From: Raillietiella orientalis
Lineage: Eukaryota
NCBI GenBank assembly: GCA_036172245.1
Contig: JAYWIR010000030.1
Coordinates: 2,046,001-2,110,000 of the forward strand
Reading direction: 5' to 3'
DNA length: 64,000 nt
The notes beneath the pieces were generated by a model that worked only from the letters and a program-made list of their open reading frames with translations, was not told the DNA's origin and made no database searches. Made by a program: the position numbers and the translations under genes. Below, one piece after another: positions 35,800 to 49,249 of the stretch. How positions within the stretch are numbered: position 1 is the first letter of the stretch; every line of letters starts with the position of its first letter.

Positions 35800-38700
35800 T
35801 CCAACAAGAATACTCGGAAGCTGGTTCGCAATCCTGGATGAAGGAGAGGCGTCGCAGCCTGATGCGTGCGCTACCTGGTGCGCTAAGCTCTCTCGAAGGG
35901 CGGATCCTAGCAGCTTCTAGAAAAAGAGATGGGAAGCAGCTTCTAAGTACCTTGAGAAATGCGTTAGAAAGACTCTAAGAAAGCTAGCGGGACGTTGGAG
36001 CGAGCCTCCGCGGTCTACATCGGATGCAGTGATGGTGGGAAACGGAATGCAGCTAAAGAAAAGTATCACCGCGCGGCTCACAGAGTCGATTTGCAGCGTG
36101 GCACGATTGGCGTTCGACTGCTGCGAGTATTAAGGAGAAGAAGGATGATAGTGCAGATTATGCTGCTACAGAGGAAAGTAAGCAGTCAGGAGAGAAGGAA
36201 AGAATCGAGATTGCTGCATTCTGAATCGTCCCACGAGTGCTTCCAACGAATACGATCCCTGAGACTTCTCTCATTTCGGTCGCGCTCTTCGTGCTGTGGC
36301 AGCACCATGGCCGGTGCGGCTTCTGAAGGAAAAGCTTTTCCGGGTAACTCCACCCGAGAGACCTGAAGTGCCGTCGCTACGGCAAGTTGTTGCATTCCTT
36401 GCCGGGTGCCTGAAGGCATGCAACCCTTCATTCTGCGGCTCCCATTCTCAAGAGACTCGGAACTCTGGTTTGGTACGGTCGGGTGGACAGATCAACCAGA
36501 AAATGTGCTCCTCGGGCCTCCGAGGGACTGATTTGAAGATTCAGCAGAATTTGTCGAGACAGCGCGAGATGAGGCGCCTCCGATGAAACTTCATCCGCGT
36601 CCAACCGGTGCCTCCGTTGCGCCGACCGGAAAGGTTTCCTGATTCCGTAGCCGAAGTACTATCCCTGGGGAAAAGCTTTACGCCGTACCTCTCTAATCCA
36701 CTGCAGGAAATTAACCTGACCTCCCTTCGACCCCAAGGATTGTCAAGGGTCATTACTGACAAAACTGCGCGCAATTTATCGAGAAAAAATAGATGTTTTT
36801 TCATGGTATTTCTGTTCACATCTTCTCCGATATTTTGCAAGACTATGAAGCGCATCTTTGCTGATATCTTGATGAACATTTGCAAATGCAGCGCTCCCCT
36901 GCCATTTCCGCTTTGAAATTCGGGAACGCATGTCCTTAAAGCTCCCGAATGTCGAAGTGCTTTTTTCTGTTTTAGCCGTCCAAGCCGAATAGATAAGCTC
37001 CATCAGGCGAGCACTCGCGTCACATTCGTGCTGTTCATATTCCTTAATCACGCTAGGCAGCAGGTTATTGCTTGAGCAGGGCAGGTGAAATGTTTATGCA
37101 CACGGATCTGAATGGAGTAATCTACATCTTTTGACAGGATTGTGTTAACTGACGGAGTGAAGGCTGCAAGAGTTATTAACCCGTGAACGCGTCTTCATCA
37201 ACACTGTTAGTGCGGAACGGATTACGTGTGGTCCATTGCTACCTGTACTCCGTTGTAGGTTCCACAGTGAGGTGAGGCACCTCGTTTCCATGTGGATAAG
37301 CATGATTTAGATGGGACATTTTTGGAACGCTTGTAACTTCCTAAGAATAATGACATAATGACTTTCCCTTCTGGGACGAGAGGCAGATGAGAAACTTCAG
37401 ATCAAAAGGAAACAGCTTTCTTGTTTAGGCGTGGGATTTTTTTGGGGTGAGAGATGTGGCATTGCAACGCATGCAAGATCTTGCAGCAGGCTTTGAACAA
37501 AATGCTTCAATTGTTCGCTTCCTCGCCTCCAAGGAGACAAGGAAAACGCACCGGGGCAACCTAATTCGCCTATTCTCCGGGCACATGATCCGGGAATGAT
37601 GCAGATTGTCGCGAATGGCTTTGCAAAACGTACCCAGTCTTCGGATCCGATTCATGGGGTCACGGTATCTACAATTTGCATCAGAGGGACGCTTTTGCCA
37701 CCAGCGTCTGTTGATAGCTCCGCTAATGGCTACTTTTGGTACAAGACAAGCCACGATCTCTTCAAATAAATGTGACCGAAAGAGATCGGTTGCCTTCACG
37801 AACTGCAGCGAGGAAGAGCACAGCACGCTCTCATTTTTCCTAAACACAGCCGTTTTGAAACAGATTGCAGTCATTATGGTCGTCCTCTCGGAATTCTGAT
37901 TGCCACAGAAAGTTTGGTAACTTGCCTCGCTTGCGTGGGAATGCAAAATATTTGTGGAATCCTTCCTCACAGTTCTGCAACCTCGGCAGTTTCTAGAAAC
38001 TCCGTGGGAACCTGAAAAAGGCTAATCAAATAAAAGGACGTTGCTTTCGAATTGTTTGTGCCTTTCCTCTTCGCTTTCGATTCGGACGTAATTTTTTTCC
38101 ACGATGGAGCAAGAGACCGCTTTCGTACAAACTGTACTTGCCTGTCGGAATCCAGGAGGACTACTTGTGTACGCTCACTACTGTATTACGCAAACAAATG
38201 CTCTTACAGTTTCTTCATTTGTTTAGAATACACTTAAACACGAGTGAATTCTGAGAAATTGACCCCCGATGGAACGCGAACCAACTGGGGTATCACTCGT
38301 GATGTTCCCTGTTGCCCGAATTCGATGAACACTCCCACCATCTTAGCTTTGGGAGCGCAGAAGAAGTCTGCTAACGATGCGCATCGAATAACCGCAGACG
38401 GCTGATCTTGTAGAACATCCTTTTGCTGTGCTTACGAAAGCCACCAATACTGATGAACTTCGTAGAGGTAATGATTACTTAATGACTCGATGATATGAGA
38501 GCTTGGTCTTCGCATTCCTCATCTCCGAGGTTCTGCACCCGTTTTCGCTTTCTACGTTGTTCCAAGAAGCCGACAGTTGATGTTGAGACTTCAGTTTTCA
38601 GATCAGCTCCAGGTATCGTACCAGCGGTTTAGCCTGACTTTAATGATCATTTCGAGCTGTGGTATTGTATTTGCAGTATCATTGGGATTATCCTATTCTG

Positions 38701-38900
38701 AAAGATTAATGACCCTGGAAAAATTTGAAATGGAATGTGACACCATCTTGTTTCAGGGAAGTAGCAACAAGCATCGAACACCATGATTTATTGACTCGAT
38801 CAGAAGAACTTAGGTGTCTTGAAGTTTTTTTTTTTTGTGCCAGAGGGGAGCATTTTATCACAAAAAATTAGAAGCTGTGTGCTCCTGACCCATCACTTGC
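35800..38900 (-). mobile_element. Ty3/Gypsy pol remnant (PR-RT-RH-IN order)
   Basis: SDGSGAHSF near 38880 (cf. DSGA), EEIVACLVPKVAI..W..VFLVSLEARK (ORF 37425-37970), FPFDLK (cf. MPFGLK), ECDASA (RNase H, ORF 36776-37051), GNLSGR (cf. ADxLSR), FPTITASD (cf. PxxIxSD). Confidence 0.5.
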
Positions 38901-39415
38901 GTGTTATTTTGAAATTATTTCTGTTATGTTCGATCGCATTTAATTGAATACCAGCACAGTGATGACAGGTTTGATCTGCGACCAATAAGGGTAAGATGAT
39001 TTGAGGAACAAATCCCATCATTCAGAAATGGATCAAAGACCACATGCTACCGGCTATAATTAGCACTGCGATGTTTCGAAAATGAGAAGACATAGTTGGC
39101 TGATATGCCTTTGGCTTTACTTGCCGGTGGCTAAGGTTTTCATGGAGATGAAAAATTTCCCCTACAAAAATTGCAACTTTCCACAAGACGGTGGCACAGT
39201 GTTTTCCACGTATGCCTCTATGTAGCAGTGATTATTTGCTCGTGTGATGACGCAGGACTTCCACACAGAAGTGCTTGTTTCTCAATTATTCTCAGTGGAT
39301 CAAGCAAGGCATTCATTTTAGGTTCACGGCTAATTCGATGGGGACCAATTCCTATTATACAGTCATCTTGAGCCCAGAATAAATTATTTCCCTTTGAATC
39401 ATGACAGTCAACGTT

Positions 39416-39800
39416 TTAAATGAAAGGGGTGCCTAGAGGCCTTGAAGTCTCTCTTACATTTTTTCCACCACCTGTCTCAGAAATCCATATTGAAAAGTGC
39501 GAGTGGAAGCAAACAAAAAAGATGAGGGCGTTCTCGAGACAGAATTTGTGCATCAGCTCATTACATATAACGGATTGGCAGGTGGCTGTGTACCTTCGGA
39601 GTGGAACAAGCAGTGAGATGGATTTCCACACTAACGCAGTCACGTTCGGTATTCTCATTACTGGCGTCTTGGAACCAAAGTTCTTATAAACAAGGACCCT
39701 GAAACACCATGCTCCATGGACAATTCGTTTTCCAAAGCTCTCATAAGGAATTTTTTGAGCAACACTCTCATCCTTTTGAGAACCATTCAGATTCTTCTTG
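39416..39800 (-). mobile_element. Possible Ty3/Gypsy integrase N-core remnant
   Basis: VWKSISLLVPLRRYTATCQSVICNELMHKF (cf. WxxISMDF..LP..IxVVVDRLTK). Confidence 0.3.
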
Positions 39801-40431
39801 CATTTTTCTCTATGGTGGCATTATTTAAGAACCAATAAGCGCTCTTTTGCATGCCTATGTTTTGTACAACTCTATAACTGGTATAGCGTACTCCATCTCT
39901 TCAGCACGCAAGCGTTTTTTTGCAGGGATATCCCTCTGCAAAGCCCTCTGCGCGCCGTTCTTGCATGCTTGAAGGAGATAACTGTTCATGTGGTTGAAGC
40001 AACAAAGAGACAACAGTGCAACCACAAAAACTGAATTTTCAGAGACAGTGCGATGGCTGGGATGAGATGGCTTTTAAGATGGCTTCCTGATGAAAGCGGA
40101 AAAGCCCAGAGCGAATGCTTGAAGGCGGAGGGAGGATGGCAGCTTCAACGTAAGCCGCGGTTGAGTGTTACCTATCGGCTTCCTGTCTGCCTAGACCTCA
40201 GCTAAAAGCAACAACGCATGCTGCCACTTCGTCAGAAGACATCCTGCACGTGGAGTGTGGTATAGGATAAGCACTGGCCATTCTACCCCACGTTGCCGGA
40301 AGAAGGCTACGAGCCGTGGTAGAGGAGGGTGCGACTCTGCACCGCACTTCTCTGTCCACCCTGGATGCAAGTCGTGCAAGGATATCAAGACGCACAAATA
40401 AGGATCACACTGATTGCATCCTCCTGTTTCT

Positions 40432-40659
40432 TTATTCTTCCTTTACTTTCTGTTCCTCCTGGAGGACTCGAACACTTTTCTTTTGTTCCATCTCTTCTTC
40501 TGACCACGAATGCTTTCTCTTTCTTGATACACCTTTCTCGCGTCGGATGTCACAAGCTTCTTGCAGTCTCCACATTGCGATGCTCATGTCCCTGGCATTT
40601 CTATCACACAGTACTTCATATTCACAGGAAGAAAACTCCCTCCCTGTATCTCGGATCAA
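40432..40659 (-). mobile_element. Retroviral-type integrase core remnant (Ty1/Copia-like)
   Basis: IRDTGREFSSCEYEVLCDRN..EKGVSRKRKHSWSE (cf. IRSDNGxEFxSxxFxxFCxxxG..QNGVAERKNRTLxE). Confidence 0.45.
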
Positions 40660-42848
40660 TGTACAAGGTCTTCTTCATGATGCTTAAACGAACCCCCAGT
40701 GCATGGAAGCCCGGTTTCATGCATGGAAGTCCCAGCCGCTGGCCTGGAAACCAGTCGATCACCAGTGTCCTTTTCCTCAAAACTCGTCTCCTTGGCAACC
40801 CATGAAGCCCCCAACTAGTGAGTTGAAGCTCGCATGTTTCTCAAGGACCTATTCAAGTAGGGGTTGTGGAAGCTGGGAGTTCTTTGTGTGACAGGCCTTG
40901 AGGGACAGTCTTTTGCATTCCTCTCCTTGGTTTGATTGTCTTCCAGGGGTCTACTAGGGTTGTTGCCTTTGTAAGGGTCCGAAGCTGAAGTGAATCCGAA
41001 TTCGATCCTGGAGACAACATGTTGGTCTTCCAGAAGATCAGCGGGAGGTCCAAGCTGAGACCGCATGGACCACGTCCATGAGATCTTTAGGATCTTCACC
41101 ACGATCTCCACGATTCCACGACGATCGGCTTGCTTTTGGACCCTGAGGACAAGCCTGAATCCCACTCCCTCCTCCATCGTTGGGATGGATCCCCTTTATG
41201 GTGAGTTCGTTTGGGAGGAGGATGGAAGTCTGGAGTCGAAATTGCAGATTCTGTTGATGGATGAGAGCTGTTTTCCGCGGATGGCTGTTGCAACGGCATC
41301 GCTTAACGAAGTCCTAGAGCAGTCCTAGGCAGAAGCCGTATGAGAACCTCATGAATGTGCTCGTAGAAGGACGCAAGAAGGAAACAGAGATGGCCTTTCC
41401 TACTTCCGCATCTTCTCTTCAGTGAGCCATGAGTTTTCTGTGGAGTAACTTCATACGTAAGAGGTTTCTCAGCTTCCTTAATTGGATCTCGTGAAGTAGC
41501 AAAGAGCAAGGAATTTTCACTCCGGTTCCTCCGAAGAAACGAGGCCAAAGCTCCAGCTTCCTTCCGCCTTCTCGGAATCTCCGAGTGCTGCGCTTCTTCG
41601 AAAGAGAGGAAACCAATGCCACCTTTCAATAACCGGACGGAAACGAATCATCCAAAGTCTTCATGGGATTACTGGGGTCCTTGAGTTTCCGTTATGTGCC
41701 TCCTGTATCAATCAAAGGTCTCCTTGTCTGAGGTGCACTTCTTGCTCCCATTGAGCTCGGAGGACATAGAGAGACATTCCCTTCTCTGGAACCTTTCATG
41801 CATCCTTCTTCCTCACCTGTCTTACACACTTTTAAATGTGATTTCTTCGTTGAGGTTCCTAAGCAACGATCAGATGACGGAAAAATTGCAGTTGATTCCA
41901 CGGAGGCCATGACCGTCCTCACTAAAGTTGAAAGTCTCTTGCCTTTCTGCCAGACGGAGAAGCAGAAAAGCACAAAAGCTTCGTAGGGTTTTTTATTTTC
42001 ATTTTCCACCTCTCTCGTTCCACTGGAAGCGACGATTCCGTTCTTTACTCCGTCTCTAATGGGAAAGTCAGGGTCTCCAATTAAGGAGAGGTGAAAGGGA
42101 CCCAATTAGCTGCGTTTAGTCCCAGATTCTAGGGAGCCTTTGTTCTTTCCCCTCGATGGCTGTTCATCCTGGGATCGATCGCAATACGAGGGTCGGGAAG
42201 AGACGACCTCAGGTTCTGGCCCGGGAGACAATAGGAATTCTCTTGAAGAAACTTCTTTGAAGCCAAAAGGGATGGTTGCTCTCTTCCACAGAATGTGTCC
42301 CTTTCGTGAGTTTGTGTCCTTCTTTAACGACCTCTCTCCGCTCTTTGTACTACGAAGGACTCCATCTCCAAATGCCGCCAACCCTTGTCTTCCTCTCTCA
42401 CGTGGTTTCAGGAATTTCCCTTCTACTGGGTCTCCTTTCTCTATTTAAGAGAAGTGGAGTGTAGTGACATGCTCAATAACAATGGAACGATAGAAGAAGC
42501 TTCCCATACGGTGAAGACTGGTTCCAGAATCTTCAAAAGGGAGCAACGGTGCTTCATTCGAAGTAGCGAGAGTTAGATCTTCTCCACAGGAGAGGTCGAA
42601 TGGCAGCGGTGAGCCTGCTACGGAGATCCTTTGCTGGGAAACTTGCCTGCCTACTCGTGAATCCCAGTGGTGCACTACAAAACCAGGATCCCCTTCAGTC
42701 TCCGAAAACCCCATGACCAATCACAAAAGCCGCCATGCCGCCTAGAGTGAGTGAGAGAGAGAGAAAAAAAATTATTCCAGAGTAGTAAGAAGCGTAGAAC
42801 TCCAGAAGCGTTGGTCCGAGCTGTAGGAGTAGGCAGCCACCAGCAAGC

Positions 42849-44700
42849 CTAAAATAGAAATTCCGGCTGCAGTTCTGCTAGGGCGGCTGTTGCACCTAAC
42901 TCATCAACCACATTCGCATGCAGCCTCCTGTCGTACCGAATGCAGAGGGCCAATGTCCCTTCCTTTCTCGAAGTTTCAGTGAGAACGAAGTGACGTTTTA
43001 TACGGCGAGAGCGGTCGGTAGAGGACTTCCAAACTCCGAAGACTTGAATGACAGCATCGGACAAAAAAGCAGAAGAGGCACTTGCCGTCGAGCATCGGAA
43101 ATCCAAATATGGAATGAGGGGTCCGGAGGGAGTGCACCTCATTCCTCTGGTCGTCATGAACGGTAGCATCCTCTGTAGGTCCCAAGTTTAGAGACTGATT
43201 CCTTCCTTTCTCCCAGTCTGACCAAGTTCTCCCGGGGAAATCCACGAGGTGGCAGAGAGCGTCAACCAAGGAAAACGTTCTAGCACTTGGGGTTGCCTTT
43301 TCGCGCGTTCTTCATGATCCTTCAGCCTAAGAGCCCCAGAGGACAAGACTCGAATGAAAAATTCCCTATCAGCGCGGAATACACCCTAGCATCCGAAAAA
43401 GTGAGAAGGTCGAAATACCCATGAGACTTTGTCTCGAGACAACACGCTCAACTAGGAAAACATACACAAAAAAAGCATTCTTACCCACTCACATACGTAT
43501 CTAAATCAACCATCCTTGTTTGTTTTGCTGACGGAAAGAGGAAAGCGCTTCATGGTAGCTTCCTGTTGCACAGAACGTGTGCAAAGTGTTTTAAGGTGCT
43601 CCTATGCTCTCTTGGAAAGAGGAAAGATGTTTGGAGAAAGTCCTTGTTTGGAAGAAACCTGCACACAGCCAGGTTTCAGAAGAAGGCGACCGAATTTCGA
43701 GAACAAACGACACGAAGCGAAGCAAATAAGAAGGGGAAAAAATCTGCTCCGAAGCGACACTTTGCTGATGTTGAGCCAAGAAGAAAGTCTGTTCGGAGTT
43801 TTTTTGGGGAAATTCTCTTCTTCTCCTGCATGCTGATCTCACCTCATCTCGCTTGAGCTTCCATTCGCGAAATCTTGTGGCCAGAGTCGTGCTCCCTGGA
43901 TGGAGCGTTGGAAATGAATTTTATGGAAAATTTGTTGACCGAAAGGGGCAAATATGTCTGTGTAGAGCCAGTCTTCTCTCATCAGTAGAACACTGAAGGG
44001 ATCCAACTGGAAATGCGTCTCGGGGGAGCGAACGCCAAACCTCATGGTTTTTTCATTCCTCATTTTTTGCAGCCGACACGATAAATGATCCGGAGGCTGC
44101 AAAAAAAAAAAAAAACATCCATGAGATGAAATATTTTTCCGAAGTTTAAATGCTCCTAAGGAAATCTGAAGTTTACTTAGAAACAACAGAAATCTGTTTG
44201 TGGAAGGAAACGAGTTCGTTCAAGGGCACTGGAAAAAAGAATACAAACGTTCGGACTTCTGTTTCCCAAAATTTCTGCAGGAGCAACAAAAAAAGAAATC
44301 GAACAAAGGAACCGACATGTTCCCCAACAAGAAGGATGACGTTTACTGGTGCGACAGCCATGAACGCCCTTATTCCAAAAATCACTATCAGCAACTGCGA
44401 CGGCCATCTCCCAAAGAACGTCCGTAGGAACATTCATGTTCTACATTTTTCTTTCTTTCCGTGCTCAAAGCATGGGCATCTGAGCTCTACCAGCAGCTGC
44501 TCTTAAGAAAGCTCAGAACTCTCTCCCACGGCGAGATGAACAGGTGAATAACAACGCCCTGATCTGGCATCCTGGGGAACATTCTTGGCGACTGCTAGAT
44601 CAAAAGAAATAAATGCCCGCAGTGGAATGTGTCTTCTACTGAAGAAGAATTTGCCAATCGCAACATTTCTTTTGTAAGGTGCCACAAACCAAGGTCAATA
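42849..44700 (-). mobile_element. L1-clade LINE remnant (endonuclease to RT motif 4)
   Basis: In order: LRAFISFD..GRCYS, CAGFFQT (cf. DGxxAxFFQ), DALCHLVDFPGRTWSDW (cf. LxxMGFPxxWxxW), PFMTTRGMRCTPSGPLIPYL (cf. RGLRQGDPLSPYL). Confidence 0.5.
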
Positions 44701-46699
44701 AGCACTGACTTGTAAGACGTTCTCGCAATGGGAGTCTTATCAGTAAGAAGATCGAAAGAAACGGCGCTGTTTATACGTTTCGAAAATGAACTTTTATAAA
44801 GAAGAACTCCCAGTTCTTCCTAGAAGAATACGTTGTTTCCAAGTTTTGCATTTTTAGTGCTTTAGTTTAGTTATCCTGTAACATAGAAATATCGAATTCA
44901 GCACTCTTCTTCTTCGAAGAAGGCTGAAGATGGTTGATATCCGATAAATGGTGAGGAGGTTGGATATGTTTCGGAGCAGAGTTACGGAAAACACAACTGA
45001 ACTCTGCAAGGATGTAACAAGAGCATCCATGCATCTGGTTTACTCACACAAAGATGTGTTCCTAAGCATCACCTAGCTCCTAAACAGGAGAATAAACAGA
45101 AGCTACATTATAGCATTTCTACATAGCATTCCTTGTTCTTCTTATGGGCATCAGGAAGCTGCTGTGATCCCTCTCGCAATCACCCCCGACGTCGCTAACG
45201 AGCGCTGCATACCCTCGAGAATCTCCTATCACGTACTGCTGAAGCATTGAGAGGTACGCATAAAATGGCCTTAGCATGTCTTCAGGGCTTAGAGAATTCC
45301 GTATGCATGCAATGCCGACTTTTCTGGATCACTCGGGGCACCTCGGCTCCATGAATTCTGGAAACTCGAACGTACTATTCCTTCTTGGACCTAATGAACT
45401 CCGCTTAAATTGGGGAAATCCTTAAATTCTGTGAATTTCATGTGTTCTGATGGCTCAAGGAGCTCATGCTTTTGAAGTTCCTCGGCGCACGTTGATAACA
45501 TTACCGGAAAAAAATACAGAAGTTGACGGCGGAGGATGACGTCTTGCAAATCATTTCACATTCCATGGACTGCACGCGCTTATCATGAAATTTCAGCCTG
45601 CCGAGGCTTCTGAAGCAAAACCCCATTTCCTCACCAAGATTGTTTGAAGGAAGAGTAGAGCTTCAAGTAAGTCAATGCAAAGAACACAGACAGACTGGAA
45701 GAGGCACATAAGTCCTAGATAGAAAAACAACGTAATCTAAGCCTCCGTACGGAAAAACAAGATGGACGGGTGATTTCAAGGATGGAAGCTGAGAGCTATC
45801 GCGTTGAAGACCATCACAGCATTCACCGTACACTGACAGAAGAATGTAGGTTGATGAGCAGCTGCTTTCGAGGAGAGAGCTTGGTCGAAATGTAGGTACG
45901 CAGAGAATTCCACCAAACAGGAGGATCTGTGAGTTTCTGTCCCCATGGAATGTGGAATGCAATCCGTTCTCTATTTGCACCCACAAATGCTCTAATTTTT
46001 TTCTTGAATGCTTCTGGACTGCCTTCTGTTTCATTCCAAGATTGTGACTTCCATCTTTTGCAGATCCGATATCTCTAAACATTATACGGAGTGACCCTCT
46101 GTGCTGCTAGCATATCGACCATCTCACTTTTTTAGTTATAAGAGGCAAAGAATGGCTAAATGCATTCTTTTCTGACAGCATCATTTTAGCATAACATCTT
46201 TCACCATTCTACTCAAGTTACTTCGATGTTTTTGCTGTTTGGCCCCTTCACCCTTTCCCACCATTTTGCCTCACCCCGACGTTGCGACTCATCTCTTATC
46301 TACCCGGACTGACACCGACCAGACCAGATCCATCTGCTCACACTCAGTAGAACCCCTGAGGAAGGAAATATCCCAACGAGTGTGGATTCGAAGGCCCCAG
46401 CTGCAGACGAGACTCGGCAGCAGGCATTCCAACCGATACAAAACCTAGCCGTGATTTTCTTTTTGTGCCTGCCTGCTGCTCTCCTGCTTTCTTCTCTTGC
46501 TTTCCCGATACCCTCGTCTAGTCCCTTATGCAGAAGCAAGAGGAAATTACTTCTTGTTTCACGCCTCCTCATTCAAGTCCAAGTCGTCATTACAGACCTG
46601 AATTCACCACGAGCGTCAAGGGTTCTTCCATTTTGCAGGACACAGGCTGGAACATTTCTTCGTTCTCCTTCGTTCCCCTCGTGGTCATCCGGAAATTAT

Positions 46700-46990
46700 G
46701 AAAGGGGTGACACCTCCGTGCTGCATCATCCACTTTAGAGAATCTCCGCTTTCCTGTTCCGACTGCCAATTTGATTACCATGGAAACCCCATCATGTGCC
46801 GGAAATTTGCATGAAGGGAACGCCGTGACATGTTGCAACACACGTGCCCGAGTGAGATTCCATGCATTTCTCTTTCCAAAGCAGTCGAGTAAACACACAT
46901 TCGAAAGCAACGCGCTCTCTCGGAAGTCCGACAGTAGCCACGTGAGGTGATACTGAACTGTTAACCGCTCGAGTCATGCCCTGAAGGTTC
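46700..46990 (-). mobile_element. Possible rve-type integrase remnant
   Basis: CLLDCFGKRNAW..VTAF (cf. xxDxFSKxxW) and CHGVPFMQIS (cf. HGVPxxIxSD). Confidence 0.35.
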
Positions 46991-47415
46991 ATGGCACAAC
47001 GTTCTCTTTGCTGCCTTCCTGATGCCTCAGCTTTGCTTCGTACATCAGACCTAGGAGTCCCGTGACTGAATATTTTGCTCTTGCTTTGGGTGAACTTTAG
47101 ATCTTTGAAGACTCTTTTCTGCTTTCAGTCAGGTAAATGAAATTTCGCAATGATAATGGCTGTTTGTCTGCAACGTTCGCCGCTGGAAGTTTCGAAAGAG
47201 GTTCACAGTGAACAAAACAAGGTTCAAGGTGCAGAAAGAAAAGGAAAAGTTGAGGAGTGAATGTTCAGGTGATACGTAAGCAGGCTTGTCATCTGATCTC
47301 CGGGAACTAAATGTATGCTCTTCCAGTTTGCATGATCATTCCATCATATTCATTTTGAATCATCTCCTCTCTCCTGCTGCTGGAAGCGCATGGCAGAGCC
47401 ATCCTTCCAAGAAAA

Positions 47416-48760
47416 GTGACATTCATCCTCGCTGTCTTCCATTTCTTGGATTGCATCATCGGTGGAGCAAATGTCCATTCCGTTTACTGCCCGGAACGAG
47501 ATATTCAGATGGTCCTCGCCTTCTTCCTCAGCATTCCGTCCTTATCGTGCTCTTTCGTTAGCAATTTCCTAGGACTCTGCCTCTTTACCCTGAATCAAAT
47601 GCCTTTCTCTTTTGATTCTGTTCGGGAAGCTCACAATGTCCTGCATGTTACGGTCTCGAATTTCGTACGTCTACGAGGTTTTCCGATGCGTCTTGTACCA
47701 GTTTTCCTACACTGCTACTCAAGGTTAGAAACGTCCGAAAGCAGAATGGAAGTCCTCGGACTATCAATCTTCTTTGTAGGCAGATTTTCCTCTCCCTCTC
47801 AGTGGAATCGGTCGAGAGGCAGTCTTCCCGCTCGAGGACTAGAACTCCGAACCGGCAGAGCTGCCTCCTTACTTTCCACTCGTATTACGACTGTTAATAC
47901 TCTGAAGAGAAACTGGAAGCAAAAATAATGCTCATGATAGATGTTGGGAGCATATAACGGAGTAAGAATGTCTTAATTGAAATAAAAATCCTCATTGTTT
48001 GAAATAACTAAAACCTGTTAGGAAGAAACATTCGTCCATGACTCATGGAACCATCGAAGACTCAAGCAGCACGGTCAGTCTGTTTGTGCAAGAGCACGTT
48101 CCTATCTATGGAGTCACCAGAGCGACTCATTCCGCGTTCTGCGTTACTCAGCAGAAACCGATACAACAAGATGGGTGGCTCCCATCTTGTTCCGTACGTT
48201 CGCCTCATAGGGCAGCAAATGCCTTCGGTTCGCCAAAGCACGGATGGCATTGCCGTGGGAGGAATCGCGCAGACTAGTCCGTCACTCCCTCGAAGCTGGA
48301 TTCTTCTCGGAAAAAGCCTCACATCATGAAAGAGAGGCGTTCCATTCCGGTGAAGCGATGATGGTCCTGAGCAAGGCTTCGCGAAGTCACGAGGAGGCTA
48401 CGTGTCACGAACGAAGGGATACTTTCGGGTGTTGCGACTGAGCGATCTTCATTGTGTAAGCTGCACCGGGTGCCTCATTTTTCGGACGATTCAGTTCTGC
48501 GAGCACGGATTATTGCGCCGGAAAGCCCTGTTAGCAGGGGAGCCTGCTTGGACCAAAAACTCGTGCAGACATCTTCTCCCCAAGTCGAAAAGTCCGTTGC
48601 GGATTCTTTGATTGGTTTCTGGCTACGAGAAACGAAAGGGTTTATGAACTTTCGTCAAACCTGCCCTCTTCCGTCGATGCTCACTTTGCAAGACGCAGTC
48701 CTTGGACTTCCTCGCTCTCATCATACGGATGGTTTTCATTCAATAGTTTTCATCTGTCGA
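47416..48760 (+). mobile_element. Ty3/Gypsy pol remnant (RT thumb to integrase)
   Basis: FHFLDCIIGGANV..PERDIQMV..VSNFLGLCLF (cf. FLGxIISxxGI..PxKV..RSFLGLxxY), later CVSCTGC, PAWTK..LPKS and LGLPRSHHTDG (cf. GxPxxIxTDxG). Confidence 0.45.
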
Positions 48761-49249
48761 AAATCCAAGTCATTTCACAGAGGATTACCACTGTTTGTGT
48801 GTTTAATGGTCTTCATATAAAATCCAGACTTCTCGTTCATGTTGCTGCTGGCTCCAGAGGCTATCAAAACGAAATCCTTCATCCACCTACATGCAACCTA
48901 ACTTGTTCGTTTTTTCGTTTCGACGCTATCTTTAGGTGCCACTTTCTCTATGCTATATGATTGCAAAGAGAGTTTCATTATCGTCCAAATAGACAGATCT
49001 GGCAGCAGTGGAAGAAAGGAGCTCTAGTGACTAGGGATTGTGTGCAGAAGGAGAACGGCTATCACTGGAAGTGTTCGGGTCCATGAAACAACTGTATCCT
49101 ATGGGAGAAAATCTTGTGGAAAATGCAGGGTTATACCTGAGACTTCAGGAAAGGAGGTGACCCTCTAAACATCATGTGCCCTTTCAGCTTATTCTTTCCT
49201 TCGGTTCGAAGGCTTTTCGTCTCAAAGACTACGGTTATGAACATTTTGC